Below are positions 63,112-64,000 of a stretch of 64,000 nt of DNA, piece after piece. The DNA lies in contig RHPI01003603.1 of the NCBI GenBank assembly GCA_009103225.1, positions 47,915-111,914 of the forward strand, in the 5' to 3' direction. The translations under genes were made by a program, and so were the position numbers. Below the pieces are notes generated by a model. It saw nothing but the letters and a program-made list of their open reading frames with translations. It was not told where the DNA came from and did not search any database. Source of the stretch: Chlorokybus atmophyticus. Its lineage: Eukaryota > Plantae > Mesostigma and Chlorokybus algae. Numbering within the stretch: the stretch's first letter is position 1; each line of letters opens with the position of its first letter.

Positions 63112-63550
63112 CATATATGTATACATGTATATGTAGCTATATGCATACACGTATAAATATGTCTATGTACACATATATGTATACATGTGCTCACATGTGT
63201 ATGTATATTTATATGGAGATAAAGGTATACTACATATTATGATTCATATACATATATATATATATATGTGTGTGTATATATGTGCATATATGTGTATATA
63301 TATATTATACATATACATTCATATGTATAATATTTGTATCTATCTTTATAGGGTGTCTTGAGTGTTTGCTACTTTTGTAAAGCCCATATACATATGCAAT
63401 GGATAAATATACGTATATGTACATGTGTATGTGTACATATGTATGTGTACATGTGTATATTAACATGTGTATGTGTACATAAATATGTATGTGTTTGTAC
63501 ATACATGTTCGTGCACACAGCCTATATGTCGTACATATGTGTACAACAAT
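63112..63550. repeat. Degenerate AT-rich alternating (TA/TG/CA) low-complexity tract
   Basis: Recurrent tatacatatg/tgtatata/tacatgtgta units. Confidence 0.85.
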
Positions 63551-64000
63551 ATACGAAGATACAATGTAATTTAACTTCTGTAACTTCTTTGCGCTCTTTG
63601 TAATCACATAAAGCAGTTATGGAGGGTGCTTACATCAAATGTGATAGTGCTTGGATATGGGAGTCATTTGCCTGGTGCACGTTAATTCGCGTCAACAATG
63701 TGCTTGGTTCGAGGTTGTGCTTAGAACGAGTGTGATTACAAGGAGGTTGGACTGTACCCTTGTGCACAGCCCCACAAGTGGATCCTGGAATATGAGCAAG
63801 TAAACAAATGGTATGCTGACACCACGTGCTGCCTTTGAGAGTATTAGCATTGCTTGTGGGTAAATGCCACCACCTGGCACTGCTGGGTTAAGGTATATGG
63901 AGTGCATAAACTCTGGTACACATGGCGCCTGCAGTGCGTGCCGTTCACGGCACAAGCAGTCAACTTCTTCGGCGCAGACGGCACAACCAGGCTGTGCCGT

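Noticed and set aside
160-63955. Many Cys/His/Met-rich ORFs in the six-frame track (for example 4968-5396, 13352-13795, 33047-33540, 53504-53998)
   Set aside because: They are translations of TGCA/CATG-rich introns or spacers, or antisense shadows of GC-rich exons, with no motifs or splice logic.
1-64000. tRNA, rRNA, CRISPR or prokaryotic operon features
   Set aside because: No cloverleaf, rRNA-like segment or repeat-spacer array was found; the sequence is intron-rich eukaryotic DNA.

Overview
Gene-dense eukaryotic nuclear DNA with short GT-AG introns rich in alternating purine-pyrimidine tracts (TGCA/GCAC/CA). The gene set points to a flagellate-stage green alga, probably an early-diverging streptophyte (inference): plant-type AP2 mu, NADK3, TLP8, HisRS with a HAL-like N-terminus, flavodiiron FLVA and kinesin-2. 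I can reconstruct about 13 intact multi-exon genes: a 5'-partial coiled-coil gene, AP2M, NADK3, PRMT7, KLHDC4, a 5x RanBP2-zinc-finger/BOD1-Shg1-like gene, a plastid FHA protein, HisRS, TLP8-like, kinesin-2, SART3, a CaMKK/GRIK-like kinase with a C-terminal cyclic-nucleotide-binding domain, FLVA and NECAP. There is also a frameshifted F-box gene, a cluster of decayed gene fragments at 28.6-31.5 kb, a probable hAT transposase relic, two long hairpins, telo-box motifs near several 5' ends, and a 1,367-bp duplication across a 10-N gap that is probably an assembly artefact. The best novelty candidates are two domain fusions: the CaMKK-cNMP kinase and the RanBP2-ZnF/Shg1 protein. All family assignments come from motif recognition from memory; no searches were run. 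No tRNA, rRNA or CRISPR array was seen.
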